A stretch of DNA of 63,236 bases, filler included, from Octopus bimaculoides (taxonomy: Eukaryota): the NCBI RefSeq assembly GCF_001194135.2. It is 4 parts of 4 records of this genome, joined end to end, with 100 filler letters (N's around TTAATTAATTAA, not from the genome) between each part and the next. Parts side by side here need not be neighbours in the genome. Positions count along the whole stretch, not along the records: positions 61,948 to 63,236 come from NC_068983.1; 3 more parts are not named here. One strand, 5' to 3'. Shown here one piece after another: positions 62,301 through 63,236 of the stretch. The stretch's first letter is position 1, and every line of letters begins with the position of its first letter. Position numbers and translations under genes: made by a program. The notes beneath the pieces are model-generated. The model was not told where the DNA came from and did not search any database. It worked only from the letters and a program-made list of their open reading frames with translations.

Positions 62301-63236
62301 CATACACACACAAAAACATGAATGCACACACTCATACACACACACACACACATCATATTCATTAGATAACGTCTGATTTCTATGCTGGCATGGGCTGGAT
62401 GGCTTGACTGGATCCAATGAGCTGCAGAGCTGCATCATGTTCCATGTTTGCTTTATTGTAGTTTCTTTGGCTGAATGCTCTTTCTAACACAAATCATTTT
62501 ACAGTATGTAATGGCTGTTATTTTCATGCCACTAGTACTGGTGAGGTTGTCAGTTGGCTTGAGGACAGGAAAGAACAAGAAAAGGAAAAACCATCAAGAT
62601 TAAGTAGTGGGAATATTTGAGAAGTTGGTGAGGTGACTTTATGCTAGGGACAAGCAGAGATGTTTGACTATAGAGAAGATACATGTCTACCATATATTAT
62701 ATAAGGGTGGGATTACTTAGGGAAAAGATAAAATGATAGTGATGGGATACCAGATCAAAATCCTCAAAGAGATGATATGAGCAGGAAATGGGGAGACAAT
62801 TATTGGAGTATTTTGTGGGGAGAGTAACAAATGGTTTGAAATAGGAGTAGAGGATAAAGTAGTAAGCTAAAACTAGAAAGAAGTAAATTGGGAAATGGAA
62901 CATAAATTGTTATAAAATTTTGCCAGAAGATATTAATTTAGATCAATTAAAAGTAGGAAGTTTATGTCATAGATAAACATAGTTTATTTAGTAATTTCTA
63001 TACAGTGTAGTAGTATTAGTTATGGGCTACAGAGTAAATGTAGGAAAATAGCGATAAACATAAGTTCATATTAAAGTTCCTACAAGTGTTTCACCATTAT
63101 AGTCAGTTTGGATCCCTGTAATAAATGTCCCAATTGTAAATTTAACCCTAGACACCTTGTATGTATATGTATATGAAGACAGCAGGTGGTGTAGACAACA
63201 AACAGATGTATTATATATATATATATATATATATAT

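Overview
AT-rich, microsatellite-saturated animal DNA. The SINE, MITE and LINE families look like those of Octopus (inference, not verified). The window contains three artificial-looking 100-bp spacers (44 N + TTAATTAATTAA + 44 N) at 25805-25904, 55811-55910 and 61848-61947, so it is probably four joined scaffolds. The only host gene I can support is the 5' part of Rab3GAP2 (non-catalytic subunit of Rab3 GTPase-activating protein) on the minus strand. I resolved 14 GT-AG exons by hand (55094 to 28583, 1574 nt, 524 codons) with all splice phases compatible. I could not find the C-terminal exons before or beyond the spacer at 25.8 kb. The rest is transposon debris: R4/Dong-like RLE LINEs, RTE LINEs, a Penelope-like GIY-YIG fragment, a mariner relic, a ~3-kb hAT relic nested in a MITE, and tRNA-derived SINEs. 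Most notable oddities: a diverged tandem copy of Rab3GAP2 exon 5 that keeps its donor and reading frame, two long fold-back palindromes, two degenerate minimal hammerhead-like motifs, and a visible CpG depletion confined to the gene body. I did not find a convincingly new multi-gene system. Most short ORFs in the track are microsatellite or N-run artefacts.
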